The notes below the pieces were generated by a model. That model saw only the letters and a list, made by a program, of their open reading frames with translations. It ran no database searches and was not told where the DNA came from. A stretch of DNA of 64,000 nucleotides. It comes from Saprolegnia diclina VS20 (Eukaryota). This document shows positions 33,641 through 46,137 of the stretch, in pieces (positions within the stretch are counted from its first letter, which is position 1; each line of letters starts with the position of its first letter). A program made the translations under genes and the position numbers. The DNA lies in assembly GCF_000281045.1 (NCBI RefSeq), contig NW_008246072.1, positions 823,232 through 887,231 of the forward strand, given 5' to 3'.

Positions 33641-35574
33641 TTATTTTCGCTGGACGAGCGACGCGTTGATCGCGTCCGACCACTTCTTGGAGCCGTTGGC
33701 AGCGTCCGACAAGTGGTACACGCGGTTGGGCTAGACACGCCGCATTCCACACCTCGCACGAGCGCATGAGCGACGTACCGTCACGACATCAAACGTCGAC
33801 GAGTTCTTGATCGTAATGTACATCGAGTCGGACCACGGAATCTCGCCTTCGCAAGCACATCGCTTTCCGCACCAAGCATATCTCGAGCTACCTTTTTGGC
33901 GCATGCGAATCGCGTCAATGTAGATCAGGCGCGGCTTGGACGTCAAAATCAGCTGGCGCTTCTTGGAGAAGAGCCCCTTGCGCTTGCTCACGAGGCCGCT
34001 CATGCGAATGACTTCGTCGTCGAGCAAGAATCGGTTCCTAGCGTCCGTCTCGTCATATGGATCGTGCAACGTCGATCGTACCAGAGCGAGTTCATGCGCG
34101 AGACGGGCGGGGGCGCGACCGTGGCGCGGACACGTGCGACTTCGACAGGGTTGTGGTTGTCGATAGCGTACGACGGCGCGGTGCTGTAGCTGTTGCCGGA
34201 CGTGCGCGATGCATTCGCACTGCTCCGGTCTTCTTCGTACTGGATGAACGGCTCGGCGTTGAGCCCCGACGAGATTTGGAGCTCAGTCGCAACACCAGCA
34301 AAGAGCCAGTCTTCGGTCGCGCCATCCTGCACCAACGCGCGTCAAGACGATACGACATATAGATCCGACGCCTACATTGTCGGTGGGAGGGAGGTGCGAG
34401 ATCTTGGGCATGTACGGCGGCGTCGTCTGGCCAAGCGTCGCCCACTCGATACCTTGAAAGAAAGGGTGGCTCTATGGAAACCCTGAGGCTACCATGTCGA
34501 GAGGCTATACAAGGGCGTACCTTGAGGGCCTCGTAGCCGTTGCCGTCGGCGTCGGTGCCAGCACCAAGGCGCTGCAGCGGTTCTTGCAGTAAGAGCTTGT
34601 CGCAGAGGTCTTGCGCGACGGCGGGGAAGCCTTCCGGGTACGCAAAGTCTTCTGCCGGGTGGTTGAGAATCTACAACGAGACAAAAATGAGCTCTGGGCA
34701 TAACATCGAGAGATTGCCGACTTGCTGAAAGGTAAGGTACTCGTTCTCGGCACGAAACATGGGGCGCCCCACGAGCATCTGGAAGATCATGCAGCCGACG
34801 GCCCAGAGATCGCAGCCCCGGGACGCCTCCTGGTCGCGGAGCACCTCGGGCGAGACGAACTCGGCCGTGCCGCAGAACGTGTTGTGGCGCACGCCCTCTT
34901 CAGTCTCGTCCTTGGCAGTACCAAAGTCTGTGATCTTCAAATGGCCCGAGTCGCTCAAGAGGATGTTCTCGGGCTTGATGTCCCGATGGATCACGCCCTA
35001 CCGCGCCATCATCAATCGCCGGATCATCGCAAGAGGAAGAAGAAGACGAGTGTACCATGCCATGGAGGTACTCGAGGGCCTCGAGGACTTCGGCAATGTA
35101 AAACTGCGTGACCTCGAACGAGCACGCCTTGTTGGTCACGCCGCGCGACGCTTGCTCCTTCTGCGACTTGCTACATGCAGCGTCCTCGTCATTGCACACA
35201 GAGGATCCGGCGCGTACATGATGACGTCGAGGAGTTCGCCGCCGCGACAGAGCTCCATGACCATGTAGAGGTAGTTCTTGTCTTGGAACGAGTACGAGAG
35301 CTTGACGATGCGGTCGTGGGACACCTTGGAGAAGACCTTGCGCTCCATCATGACAAACTTGACCTTCTTCTCTTTGCTAATGAAGCGCTTCTCCATGATC
35401 TTGACCGCAAACTCTTCGTTCGTCTCCTTCAAGCGCGCATGGACGACCTACATGCACCGCATGAGGCCGTTGCAAGCGCGCTCTCGCCGGCGGTACCCGG
35501 GCGTACGCGCCTTCGCCCAGCGTCGTCCCGAACATGAAGTCGGCCGGTGATTGTATCCGCAGCCGCGAGGCCAT
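33641..35574 (-). CDS. PDPK1: 3-phosphoinositide-dependent protein kinase 1 (AGC kinase + C-terminal PH domain), multi-exon
   Basis: [71 protein letters not shown], and PH motif [24 protein letters not shown]. Confidence 0.95.
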
Positions 35575-36576
35575 CGTCTTGGTCGAGGTCGTCGTCGTCG
35601 TCGTCGTCGTGCTGCCCCGGCCGGAGCAATCTATTGTAAGCCGAGGGGTTTTTGAGTATTCAGTCTCTTCGGAACCTCCCACAATTTATATTGGACAGTC
35701 GAAGGTAGTGTGACGACATGACGCCAAGTGCAACATGACGTCAGGCCCACCATGCGCAGTTGTCGACCACAGCCAACCACAGTAGAAGAGGCGCCTCGTC
35801 AAAGACGCTCCTTGCGCATCGCTCCTAGAGCCACGGATGCTGCCACGTCAGCAGAAACCGTGACGTTGGCACAGCTTGGTCGGTTCAGTATGTCATGCGG
35901 TCGTCACGCCCAAACTGAGATTACGCAAGCGAGGATCCCAGACAATCCCGCATTACGAAAAAGATCGTGTTGAACGCAGCCTCGCGTGCTTGCAATCCTT
36001 GGCCATTAGACATGGGCGCAGCTCGAGGCCAGCGACGAGCCAAACGTCCCAAGTGCTCTCTGCAGTCGCCAGGATCGCACAAGCATCCGCACACTATTTC
36101 ATGGCGATCGGAATAAGAAATCGGTTCTGAGAGGTCACGTGCGCTCAGTTTGCACTTTTGGATCACACGGTGCTGCACCAAGGTCCAAGCGAGCTGTCCA
36201 TGCGACGATGGCCGCCCGTGAATGGCCGCCCGTGAATGGCCGACGCACCTCGCGAGCCAAAGGACTTGAGTAGAGAAGAGGTGAGCGGCCAGGCTCTACG
36301 AGGTGGCGGGACGAGGCCAAGGAAGTGGGCTCCTCGCAACGACGCCGGCTGCTCCCACCGAACGCAGCTCTATGGATGCGCTGTGCTGCCATTGGCCTTT
36401 GGTCGCCGACGTGGGTTGTTGGCGATCCATGGCGCGTGGAAACACGCTTGGATCTTGGTACCGGAATGCTTATGCGCTTGTATTGTCAAGGGTATACGGG
36501 GCGTGTTGAGCTGCTACTGCTCGCCTCGTTGTGGTGGTGGAGCAAGATATTAAATAACAACCAGTGACGACGACGA

Positions 36577-37815
36577 CTAGAGGTCGTGGACGTCGGACGC
36601 CATGAGCCGCGCCGTGTTCATCCAATCGGGGTTGTCGACGGACGCGCTGCCAATCATGATGGAGCTGTCGCGCACGAGGGAGCTCTCGCGGCGCATCGAG
36701 CTCTCGCGGACGATCGAGTCCATCGACAGCTCGCGGTCCATCGAGTCGTTCCAGACAACGTTCTCTTGGATCGAGCTCGTGCGTCGCGGCGCCGACTCGA
36801 ACGAGTCGTCAAACTCCTCCTCTTCGATCGTGATGACCGAATCTTGGCTGCCGTAGTAAAACGACTCGGAGACGGCATTGAGCCCGCGGCTGTCGTCCGT
36901 GTCGCGGATCGACGAGTCGTCCGAGAGCTCGGAGAGGTCGCTCACCTTGTACGTGGCCGCAAAGTTGATTGGCGCTGGGGCACTAGGCAACGTGGCTGTC
37001 GGCACCGGCGCCGGCGGGGCGCGGGCGTACGTAGCCGCGTACGGCGACGGCTCGTAGAGACGCTTGGTGCTGTAGAGCACCGGAATTGTTGAGTCCCGGT
37101 TGCTCGCCAAAAGTGCAAACGACGAGGCCGCGCGGGTCTTGATCTCTTCGCTCTCGCGCTGCTGGCGCTGCCGGACAACGACGAGCGCGACAATGACCGA
37201 GACGCCGACAGCAGCAGCGGCAGAGAGGATGATGGCAGTGCTGCTGTTGGGCGAGTCTTGGGCTGCATCTAGGTAGTGCAATGAGACTTGGCTGCACCTC
37301 GGCCATTGAGCAAGTATGGTACCTTGGAGATTGACCTGCGACGTCGGCTTGCCATTGGTGTTGGTGTTGCTCGACGGTGACTTGTGGCTTTCGGTCGACG
37401 CCGGCACTTGGGTTGAGCACGAGACGCAAGCGCTCACAATCGGCATCGTCGTGTCCGCTGCCGTCGTCGGCAGGACGATCGTTGCCGTGGTTGCCGTCGG
37501 CGTCGTGGGTGTAAGGCTCGTACTGGGCGACGGTGGCGCCGATGTCATCGGTGCTGCTGTCGTCGGCGATGCACTGCTTGGTGTAGGGGCCGGCGTCGGT
37601 GGCGACGTGGGCTTTGCCGTCGGCGACGGGGTCGGTGTCGGTGTCACGGGGGCGGGCGACGGCGTCGGTGGTGCCGGTGTCGGCGTTGACGTCGTCGGGG
37701 CAGGCACGGGCGTCACGGTCGTGCTGTTGGGCGACGGCTGCTGTGCGGTGACGGCGGCGAGGAGCACGAAGAGGCATGCAGCGAGCAGCCTCGTCCGCGG
37801 CCATCGCGGCGCCAT
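36577..37815 (-). CDS. Mucin-like Pro/Thr/Ser-rich type I membrane protein (signal peptide, TM, acidic cytoplasmic tail); may contain introns
   Basis: Signal MAPRWPRTRLLAACLFVLLAAVTA; PTPAPPTPSP stalk; TM AIILSAAAAVGVSVIVALVVV followed by RQRQQR. Confidence 0.85.
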   Translation of the reverse strand: MAPRWPRTRLLAACLFVLLAAVTAQQPSPNSTTVTPVPAPTTSTPTPAPPTPSPAPVTPTPTPSPTAKPTSPPTPAPTPSSASPTTAAPMTSAPPSPSTSLTPTTPTATTATIVLPTTAADTTMPIVSACVSCSTQVPASTESHKSPSSNTNTNGKPTSQVNLQGTILAQWPRCSQVSLHYLDAAQDSPNSSTAIILSAAAAVGVSVIVALVVVRQRQQRESEEIKTRAASSFALLASNRDSTIPVLYSTKRLYEPSPYAATYARAPPAPVPTATLPSAPAPINFAATYKVSDLSELSDDSSIRDTDDSRGLNAVSESFYYGSQDSVITIEEEEFDDSFESAPRRTSSIQENVVWNDSMDRELSMDSIVRESSMRRESSLVRDSSIMIGSASVDNPDWMNTARLMASDVHDL

Positions 37816-38823
37816 TCTCTTCCGCTTCGAGTCGGTGGAATCTCAATTGAGACGGGAAAGTCGACCAGGTGCGCCAACTCAGAACCATATTGCCCATCAT
37901 ATACAAACACCAAGGTAGTTCGACAAAGCAACGCTGCTGTCACAGAACGCGGCCGTGACCAACTCCATGTGGGTTGAAGGAACCACAGAGTTCGGAGCGC
38001 TGCCGACATGCACACGAAGATGAAGAGGACGATGGAGACGACGAGGAAGTAGGGAAGAAGTCACGGAGCAGGAGCCCGCATGCGCCACAAGGAGCTCTGC
38101 GGACCGACGCGCCGGATCAGGTTCAACGGCGCCGTCTATCGTAGTTCGAAGTCGCCTGCGTGTCATTGGCAACACGTCGTCTGCCTCTGCAGAACGCTGT
38201 TATAGGAGGTCATTTACGTTGATAACGATGATGAAGGGCCAACGTGAGTGCTGCGTGTGTAAGCGAAGAAGCGTCGGTGACGCGCTTCGAAGCGGCCCCT
38301 GTGGGCAGCTGCTGCAAAGCGGCAGAGGGCGTGATGTGCGTTTTGTCTTCGAACTTCGATGATTTAGCAACGGCAACTGCAATGTGTTATAACACATAGA
38401 CGCGGTGTCGATTGTGGCACCGTGCCACGTTGCCAAGATCGCACGCGCTTGTGGAAGCGAACCTCGTCAGACAACGATACTATGCTAGATACCAGTATCA
38501 CTGACCCCGCTTCTCAGATATGGTTGGCGCCTGAGTCGTGCAGCTTGAGTACATGTAGTTGCCTCTCGCTGTGTTGTTGAATCCTTGAGCCTCTCCAAGC
38601 AATTGAGTTGAAGGTCGTCCGTTGACACGGCGCAGTCAGGTGAAGTTGATGAAGGCTGGTCTTCACCATGACCAAGCGATAAAGCGTGCAGTACTTGATG
38701 CGTCCCGTTGTGTGTATGTGGGCTCGTGGGTGAAGCGTCGCGATCTTGTGAAAACATTTTGTTATAACTGGAGCGCTGTGATTGGCCACAGTTTTCACCA
38801 TTGGCAACCAGCGGTGCAGGATC

Positions 38824-39386
38824 ATGCCACGCTCACCAGGTAGACTATCGCCGCATGAGGAATAGGATCTAAAGGAGACAGCTATGCTATTGCGCCCTTC
38901 CTACTGCGTCCATCCAATGTAGCCGACCACCGAGGACGAGCCTCCGAGCGCCGGGCCTCGCGTTCGCGTGACCGCTCGTCGCGCCGGCATCGGTCGGCGT
39001 CCCGCAGCCCGAGCCGTCGATCGTTCCGCTCGCCGTCGCAGTCGTCTCGCCACTCGCGCAGCTCAGAGCCCAAGCACCGCCGATCGACATCGCGGTCGCC
39101 GGCGCGCAAACGCTCTCGCCGATCTTCGTCGAGCAGTAGCAGCAGCGACGACCACTCCAAGTCGTCGCGCCGTGCCAAGGCCAAGAAAGCCAAGAAGGCC
39201 AAGAAGGCCAAGAAGGCCAAGAAGCACCGCAAGCGCGATGAGTCATCCTCGTCCGACTCGGAGACAGAGCGCAGCGTCATTTCTGGTAAGAAGATCAAGC
39301 GCAAGATCGCCATGACGGCCCTCGACAAGAAGAACCAGCAAAAGCGCCAGGACTTGCTCAAGCTCTACAACGACATGTACGACTAA
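38824..39386 (+). CDS. Small RS/K-rich nuclear protein; 2 exons; absent from the ORF track
   Basis: ATG at 38824 (MPRSP) and intron 38840-38922, then an RS-dipeptide region, an AKK repeat and the tail RSVISGKKIKRKIAMTALDKKNQQKRQDLLKLYNDMYD*. Confidence 0.75.
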
Positions 39387-39433
39387 CATCATATATTGTC
39401 ATTGTCGCTGCATCCATTGAACTCTACAATGGC

Positions 39434-40575
39434 TCATGCGGCGTGCCCAAACGTGGACAACATGTCGGTGATCTCGTGGCGGTCCACAGGGCAAGTGGCG
39501 ACGCGAACAGCGCAGGCGCCGCAGAGGACGCGGTGGCGGCACGGCAGCAGCACAATCGAGACCGGCTCCGAGTAGCAAACGATGCAGAGGTCCGACCGCG
39601 CTTCCATGGCCGCTCGGTACTGCGCCTTGAGCCCGTCGCGGACCTAATGCAGCAAATGATGTGTATAGCATTTTAGAAGAGGGTGTACGCTGCACAGGCT
39701 GGCTTCGAGCGTCGCTTCGAGCGCCTCGAGGTCGTCAAAGGATAGGTCCGGCACGTTCTTGCCGCGCAGGCGTTGGTTGTCTTTTGTTGTCGCCGCGAGC
39801 TCGACGCGGAGGCCATTGAGCCGCTGTTTGAGCGTCACGTAGCCTCTGCGACTCGGCAATAAGATCTATGTGCGTCGAGTGGGATGTACATACTCGGAGG
39901 TGACGCGTGTGCGCTCGTTGGCCAGCGCCAGCCGCTTCTCCATCTTGGTGGCCAGATCAACGTGGTACTGGACACGGGCTTCCGCGTGGTCGAGTTGTTG
40001 CTGCAATTGAAGTACAATCAGCGCGTGGCGCTCGATCTCTCTACACACAGTGTCATGTAAAGGAGACGGGCGGTGCGTACTTTGATTTCTGGGCGATGGC
40101 CTGCGTGAGGGCCATGTTGCGCACGAGGCATTCCTGAAGACGCTGCTGCGGTGTCGGCGGTTGCTTCTACTTGGCAGATCGTACTGTGTCTGTATCAGTT
40201 GGGCGAGTCGACTCACCGATGGCGGGCGGGCTAGCGGTTCCGGCTCGGGCTCGACCTCGGAACACGGCACATCAGCACCAGGTGCCGTCATGCTTACGGG
40301 CAATGCGCTTGGTAGCGAGTGGGATCGCCGCCGTTGTGTGCCGCACGGGCGGCGCAGCGCTGGACCTAGCATCCATGGGCTTCTTCTCGGCTAGAAGAAG
40401 TGGGTAGTAGCGTACGAGGCTGCGGATACCAGCTCTGGTGGGCGTCGGCGAGGAGACGAAAGTTGTAGCCGGCTGACGTGGCCCCTGTGTTCATACGGAG
40501 TAGCTCCAAGACCGTGCTGCTCGCGTCTTGCTCGTCAAACGTCAGCTCAATGTCGTCGAGATCGATGCTATCCAT
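39434..40575 (-). CDS. Coiled-coil protein with C-terminal C3HC4-type RING finger, multi-exon
   Basis: Last exon CIVCYSEPVSIVLLPCRHRVLCGACAVRVATCPVDR; upstream coiled-coil exons. Confidence 0.8.
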
Positions 40576-40675
40576 TGCGACGATAATCGCGCACTGGCGG
40601 TATAATGTGTCGTTTCAAGCATGTGGTGCTGCCACGTGTCATTATCCGGATGATTGTGCAATCGTGTTGGCTAAA

Positions 40676-41827
40676 TTATCGATGTCGGCGCTGCTGAAGC
40701 TTTTGCCGCAGGAGGCGCAACTTGGTCGGGTCCACACGCGACACCGCAGCATGATTTACTGTACGCGGTGGCAAGGGTACCCTTGTTGGTGGTTTGCTTG
40801 GGGCGGGAGGGTCGTCGAGGGTGGCGTCACCCCCGCCTTTGGAGCCGTTGGTGATAAACGAGAGGCGATCGAGGCACCACTGGTGGAGGCTTCGAGCCCA
40901 CTCGTCCGGCACCGTTTTGCAAACGTTGACAAGGGCCTCGTAGCGTCGTACGACGTTGAAGTGCGGGATCACCAAGCTTAATTTGCGCAAGCAAAGCGGA
41001 CATAGCGCCAGCGTGGGCTGACTACAGTGTTGCGAGACGCAGTGGTAGAGGCCGCAGGGCTGAATCCCCACAAGGCTCAAGAACGCACCAAGGAGACGCT
41101 AGCATCGATGGCCAATTCACAAAAATTCTCTCAACAGATCACTGCAACAGTACCTCGATCGTTGGCGCGTTCAACGCCGGCGATGGCAGCGTCAGGAGAT
41201 GGACGGGCTTGCCCGCGGAACTACAAGTCGTCATCGACGGCACCAGTGCGCGGTCCTGTCTACATTCCCGGGTCGTTTCAGCGCACAAAGCGGCGATGTA
41301 CTACCCTCGAAGCGGTAGCGTTGTGAGGATGATGAGGCCAGCCGCTTGTGCTGGTAGCTGGCGGTGGGCAATCTCCATGACGTTTGCAATATGCACGGCT
41401 CTGCACCACATACAATGCAAATTGAGCTCTGAGCTTAGGACACGTACGCCGCGCTGCCAGGTATGGGCTGCAATAAAAGGTGGCGACGGGAGGCTGCGAA
41501 CGCTGGGATCGCGAGCGATTGGAGGCTGCCAAGGTCGAAGAAGGCGGCAAGGAATGGAAGGTACAGCTCATCCAGCAGTGGTATATCGATGCTAGCAAGG
41601 TAGAGGGCGTGTTGTAGCCGGTCTCCACTACCGTGTATATCGTAGCTCTCGATTTCGATCCGGCGAGGCAAGTACCTCAATGGCGCATTCGTCGCCACAA
41701 AGTCTGGCACCGACTGCGTACCTGGTATCAGATCGACACGCTCCATGTAGAGGTCGGGTTCGAGCGCGCGCTTGAGCTCTCTCGAGGCGGGCGGCTTCCC
41801 CAAGAGCCGTCGGAGCTCTGCGTCCAT
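40676..41827 (-). CDS. Archaemetzincin (peptidase M54)-like protein lacking zinc ligands, multi-exon
   Basis: TQSVPDFV, LPFLAAFF, VHIANVMEIAHRQLP..AAGLIILT and VGIQPCGLYHCVSQHC...LALCPLCLRKL...VVRRYEAL follow the archaemetzincin layout. Confidence 0.65.
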
Positions 41828-41916
41828 ACAACTGCACTCTTTCTGAAACCGAAGACCGTGTTGCCTTTCGTATCCTCGTTCTACTTCTACCAGTTCTACG
41901 CAACTGTAGTCTTCAA

Positions 41917-42534
41917 CTAGGGCAGTTTGCTGTGAAAGCAAATCGCAACCCCCAATAGGACACACGTCATGCCGGCGTAGGTATCTACGAGGGTGTCAGC
42001 ATTTCACGCACGAGCCTTCACGTACACAGCGGGTTCTTGGGCGTCTCGCCGAGGAGGCGGCTCGTGAGCGCTGTAAAGACAAACGTAAACGAATTGCAAA
42101 TGGGCACGGCCATCGAGATATCTAGCTGGCTGTCAACACCGGAGATGAGGACGCCGACGCACCGGACGAGCCAAGAAAGTACACGAAGGCAATCGAGCCG
42201 CTCTGGTTGAGGGCGAATGGAATGATGAACTAGCGTAAACCATGAGCGTCATGGATGATGCTCGCAAATAGGGAGAGACCTTCCAGTTGGTGAGCGTGCA
42301 GTAGAACTCGTACATGTACTCGCGCAGCGCGTTGCTTTGGCGGGTGTAGACGGCGCCGCCGCTCTCTACAGCCGCGTTTTCGCCTACTTAGCCGCCGAGA
42401 GCATGGGCCTACCTTGCTTGAGCAGCGGGTTGGTGCAGCCCCAGAGCGCACCCACGAGCAAGAACGAGAGCAGCGTGTCTAGCAGCCGAGCATGAGCACC
42501 TCGACGCCATCGCACCGCCGCCCGTACCGAGCAT
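41917..42534 (-). CDS. TMEM234: TMEM234-family small membrane protein, ~6 exons
   Basis: Spliced product: LLVGALWGCTNPLLK; FIIPFALNQSGS; DISMAVPICNSFTFVFT...LLGE; GMTCVLLGVAIC. Confidence 0.85.
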
Positions 42535-42782
42535 GGCAAGATTCAAGACTTGTGAAACTCAATGGGCAATATCGTTTCTCAGAGGTTTTGGCTCATTCCA
42601 CGCAACCGCATCTTGCGCATCTTCCCTCGTGGGCGTGTGGGATGCTGCGCCGAGCTTCAAAGATTCTGACGCTGCAAGACGATAGCTCTGGGCAACGTGC
42701 TAGCTAGCTCACGCCTCAAATTACGAGGCCAACTCCGTGTTTACATCACTGACGGTGTTCATGTTGCGCAAGACGCAGTAGC

Positions 42783-43461
42783 CTACTGGATCGTCGTGCC
42801 GAGAAGGCGAATGAAGGCGGCGCAGAGGGCGGGGTGGCCGGGCCACGCCGGTGACGTCACGAGGTTGCCGTCGACGCACGCTTCGTCGGCCTTCTTGCCG
42901 ACCCACGACGCGCCGGCAATGATGCAGTCGATTTCGAGGGCCGGGTACGCTGTGCACTGGCGGCCCTTGAGCAAGCCAGCAGCCGCGAGGATCTGCGGGC
43001 CATGGCAGATGCTTGCGATCGGCTTGTTGCGGGCACCTATATGGTGTAAATCGTATCGTCATGGCGCATGGGATTAGGATGCCGCACCAAAGTGCTGGAC
43101 GATCGCTACGACACGCGGGTTCATGCGAAGGTACTCGGGCGCCCGGCCGCCCGGGATGTAGATGCCGTCGTAGCGCTCCAAGGCCGCGTCCGTCACCTAC
43201 GTCCGCGCATGAGCCAGCCATGTGCAGAGAACGTAGTACGTCGTCAAAGGCCAAGTTGACGACAAAGTTGTGACCGCGCTTCTCCGAGTAGGTCTGGTCG
43301 CCTTCAAAATCGTGGACGCACGTCTTGACAAAGTCGCCGGCCTTCTTGCCGGGGCAGATCGCATGGACCGTGTATCCGAGCGTGAGGAACGTCTGGAATG
43401 GCACCATGGCCTCATAGTCCTCGACGTAGTCGCCGACAAGGATCAAGATTGTCTTGGGCAT
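42783..43461 (-). CDS. DJ-1/PfpI family protein (glyoxalase III/deglycase-like), 3 exons
   Basis: [51 protein letters not shown] (nucleophile Cys) and [14 protein letters not shown]. Confidence 0.95.
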
Positions 43462-44017
43462 GCTGCTCCGAATGTGGTCGTTGCGTTCTGACGCCACGCT
43501 GGCTTCAGATTCGCGAGTAGCCAGATTGCGCTTGATTGCGCTAACTTCAAGATGGCGCATGCTGTATGGCCCATCGCCCTCTTATTCTCGGGCTATCAGC
43601 AGCAAACATGACACATGATGCCAACGCGGTCAACATGGCGAGTTGTCGGTGCTTGCACCGTGGTCCAACGTCGCCCTTCGCATAGACGTCGCAGGTCGTG
43701 CATCCATGGCGACGGGCGTGACCAACGCGCATGCGTAACATTGCCTGCAAGCGCCATGTCCCATGCCAAGGCAAGGCCAGGCTGCCATGGCCATCCGCGC
43801 TGACGACTGCGCGGTCGCCGGTCGTGCCGGACGGCTCTTGGAAAGATACCACATTGCGCCGCTCTCGCGGGGCGCGTGGATTGGCCAAAAGTCAAATCAT
43901 GACCCGAAACACGCGTTGTGATTCGCGGATAAAAATGGCAGTGGCCAATGGCATCTAGGTTCCAAATTTTGTTCAGAGTGCAGGCTGTTCTCAATCCGCA
44001 GTTCGCCCCGTCCGCCC

Positions 44018-45945
44018 ATGGTGCATGTGGTCTCGCCCCGCGGCGCGCCGGCGTCGCCGGCCGCGTCGACCAAGTCGTCGTCGTCCATCAATGGCAGCCA
44101 GGGCTCCAAGTCGCACTCGAGCTCCGAAGAGAGCCTCGTGGACGTGGCGCCCGTGATCGACGAGGTGCGCGACGATATCATCTGCGCGATCTTCAACCTG
44201 CCCGCGTCCACAATCTTCTACCCTGGTGGGCCTAGCTCAGCATCCACCGCACTGGCTCATGCACGCGCGTAGACTACTCGTGCGCGCTTGTCGCGACGCT
44301 CGCCTTCCAAGGTCGCATGTACCCCGCGAACGACAGCGTATGCTTTTACTCGAACTTTCTTGGCAAAGAGACCAAGCTCGTGATCGCATACGAGACGATC
44401 ACGGAGCTCGCCAAGACGACGACAATGTTTTCCAACGCGTTTTGCCTCAAGACAGCGGCGAGAGAGTACACGTTCACGTCCTTTTGGGGTACCAACCGGT
44501 AGGCGTGGCCAGGCGCACGCGATACCAGTGCTGACACAGCCATGTAGGGACCAGTGCTACGACCTGCTGACGTCGCTGCGCAACAAGGCGCTGGGCATTA
44601 CGATGACAACGATTACAGCACCGCCGTCCGTGGCTAGCCCTACGAGCGAAGTGGCACCAGTTGCGACGCCGCCGTCGCCAGCGGCGCCGGCCCCCACCGA
44701 TCCTGTGCCAGCACTCGACGCCCCGATTCCAACCATGTCGAGCGATCCGGCGCCCATGAACGACATCATGAAGTACACATTTCCGATACCTGTCGAGACA
44801 TTTGTTGAGAATTTCTTCACGGACGAACCCATCTTTGGCCTCGTCGAGTTCAACCGGTGCGTCCGCTTGATGGCTCTGGAGGCTCAAGTCCGTGGCTGTA
44901 GACGCAAGGGCGCGACGGAGCTCAAGTGCGATCTCTGGAGCGAGCACCCAGACGACGCCAGCTTGGGTACACGAGTGATCGAGTGCATAACTCGATTTGA
45001 TGCAACAACCGTAGGGCTCACGCGCACGGCCAGCTTTGTCTTGCCGGTCGATGCGCCGATTGGTCCAAAGAGCACTCGTGTCCACGTCGTACGTCCATAT
45101 CCCTCTCTCTTGCCCCCACGTATGGACAACTAGACCCAAATCCGTCGACCGCTCGACCACGGCGGCTACCTTTTTGACACGTCGACCAAGCTCGCGGACA
45201 TCCCGTACAGCGACTGCTTCCTCGTCGAAGACCGGTGGATTTTGCGCAAGATCTCAGAGACATCGTGCGAGCTCTGCGTGCAGCTGCGGGTATCGAAGCG
45301 GGGGCCATTTGCAGCATACACACATCAAGTCTGTAGGTGGTGTTTCTCAAGAGCACCATGTGGCGGGGCATCATCGAGTCCCGCGCCAAGTCCGAGTGCA
45401 AACTCAAGTTGCTCGAGTGGATCGAGATGGCCAACCAAGCCATGTCCACGGACGGGCTCCCGCCGTACCCGCCAGGGTCCCGCCTCCCGTCGCCCCGCAA
45501 GCTGCCGTCGCCCAAACGCCCGGTGTCGCCCCGGCGAAAGGCATCGACCAAACCCAAGCCGGCCGCGATCGACGTCAAGCCAGCAACCACCGCCACGACA
45601 GTTGCCACCGCCGTCCGCCGCACCGTCGCGCTCAAGCGCAACAACATCATGCCCATCTGTACGTCTCTTGTTCGCTGGAGCACAAGGGCGCATGTGCGAT
45701 ATATGCTAGTGTTTCCATGGCTCGTCGTCATCTTCCTCGCCGTATACGTCTACCGCGTCCACAGCACGCTCTCGACGATGGAAGCCACGATGGAGAGCCA
45801 ACAGCGCGTCCTCGAGCAGCTCGTCCAGACACTCGGCCAGGTGCAGTCGTCGCTCGGCGCCAAGGCGATGCCAATCGAGATCCCTGATAGCGTATACGGG
45901 CGACCTGGTACAGGGATCCATGCTTCCGGTATCACACTTCAATAA
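44018..45945 (+). CDS. GRAM + VASt (StART-like) domain sterol-transfer protein with C-terminal TM (GRAMD1/Lam/VAD1 family), multi-exon
   Basis: GRAM: YSCAL...QGRMY....VCFYSNFLGKETKLVI and YTFTSF. VASt: PIGPKST, DIPYSDCFLVEDRW and KSTMWRGIIES. C-terminal TM: LVFPWLVVIFLAVYVY. Confidence 0.9.
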
Positions 45946-46137
45946 CATCGTGCTTCATTGTCTCGCGATCCGTTCATATGCTTTGCACGGGCGGCTCTCG
46001 TGGGTTGGGACGAGCGGGCGTAGGCGCATATGCCATCGGTCATTAGTGGTACCGACGACGGCTCTGCGTGCGGAACCTACCCCTACGTGTGCTTTGTCAC
46101 CTGAACTAGATGGTCGATGTTAGAATACTCTTGAGGC

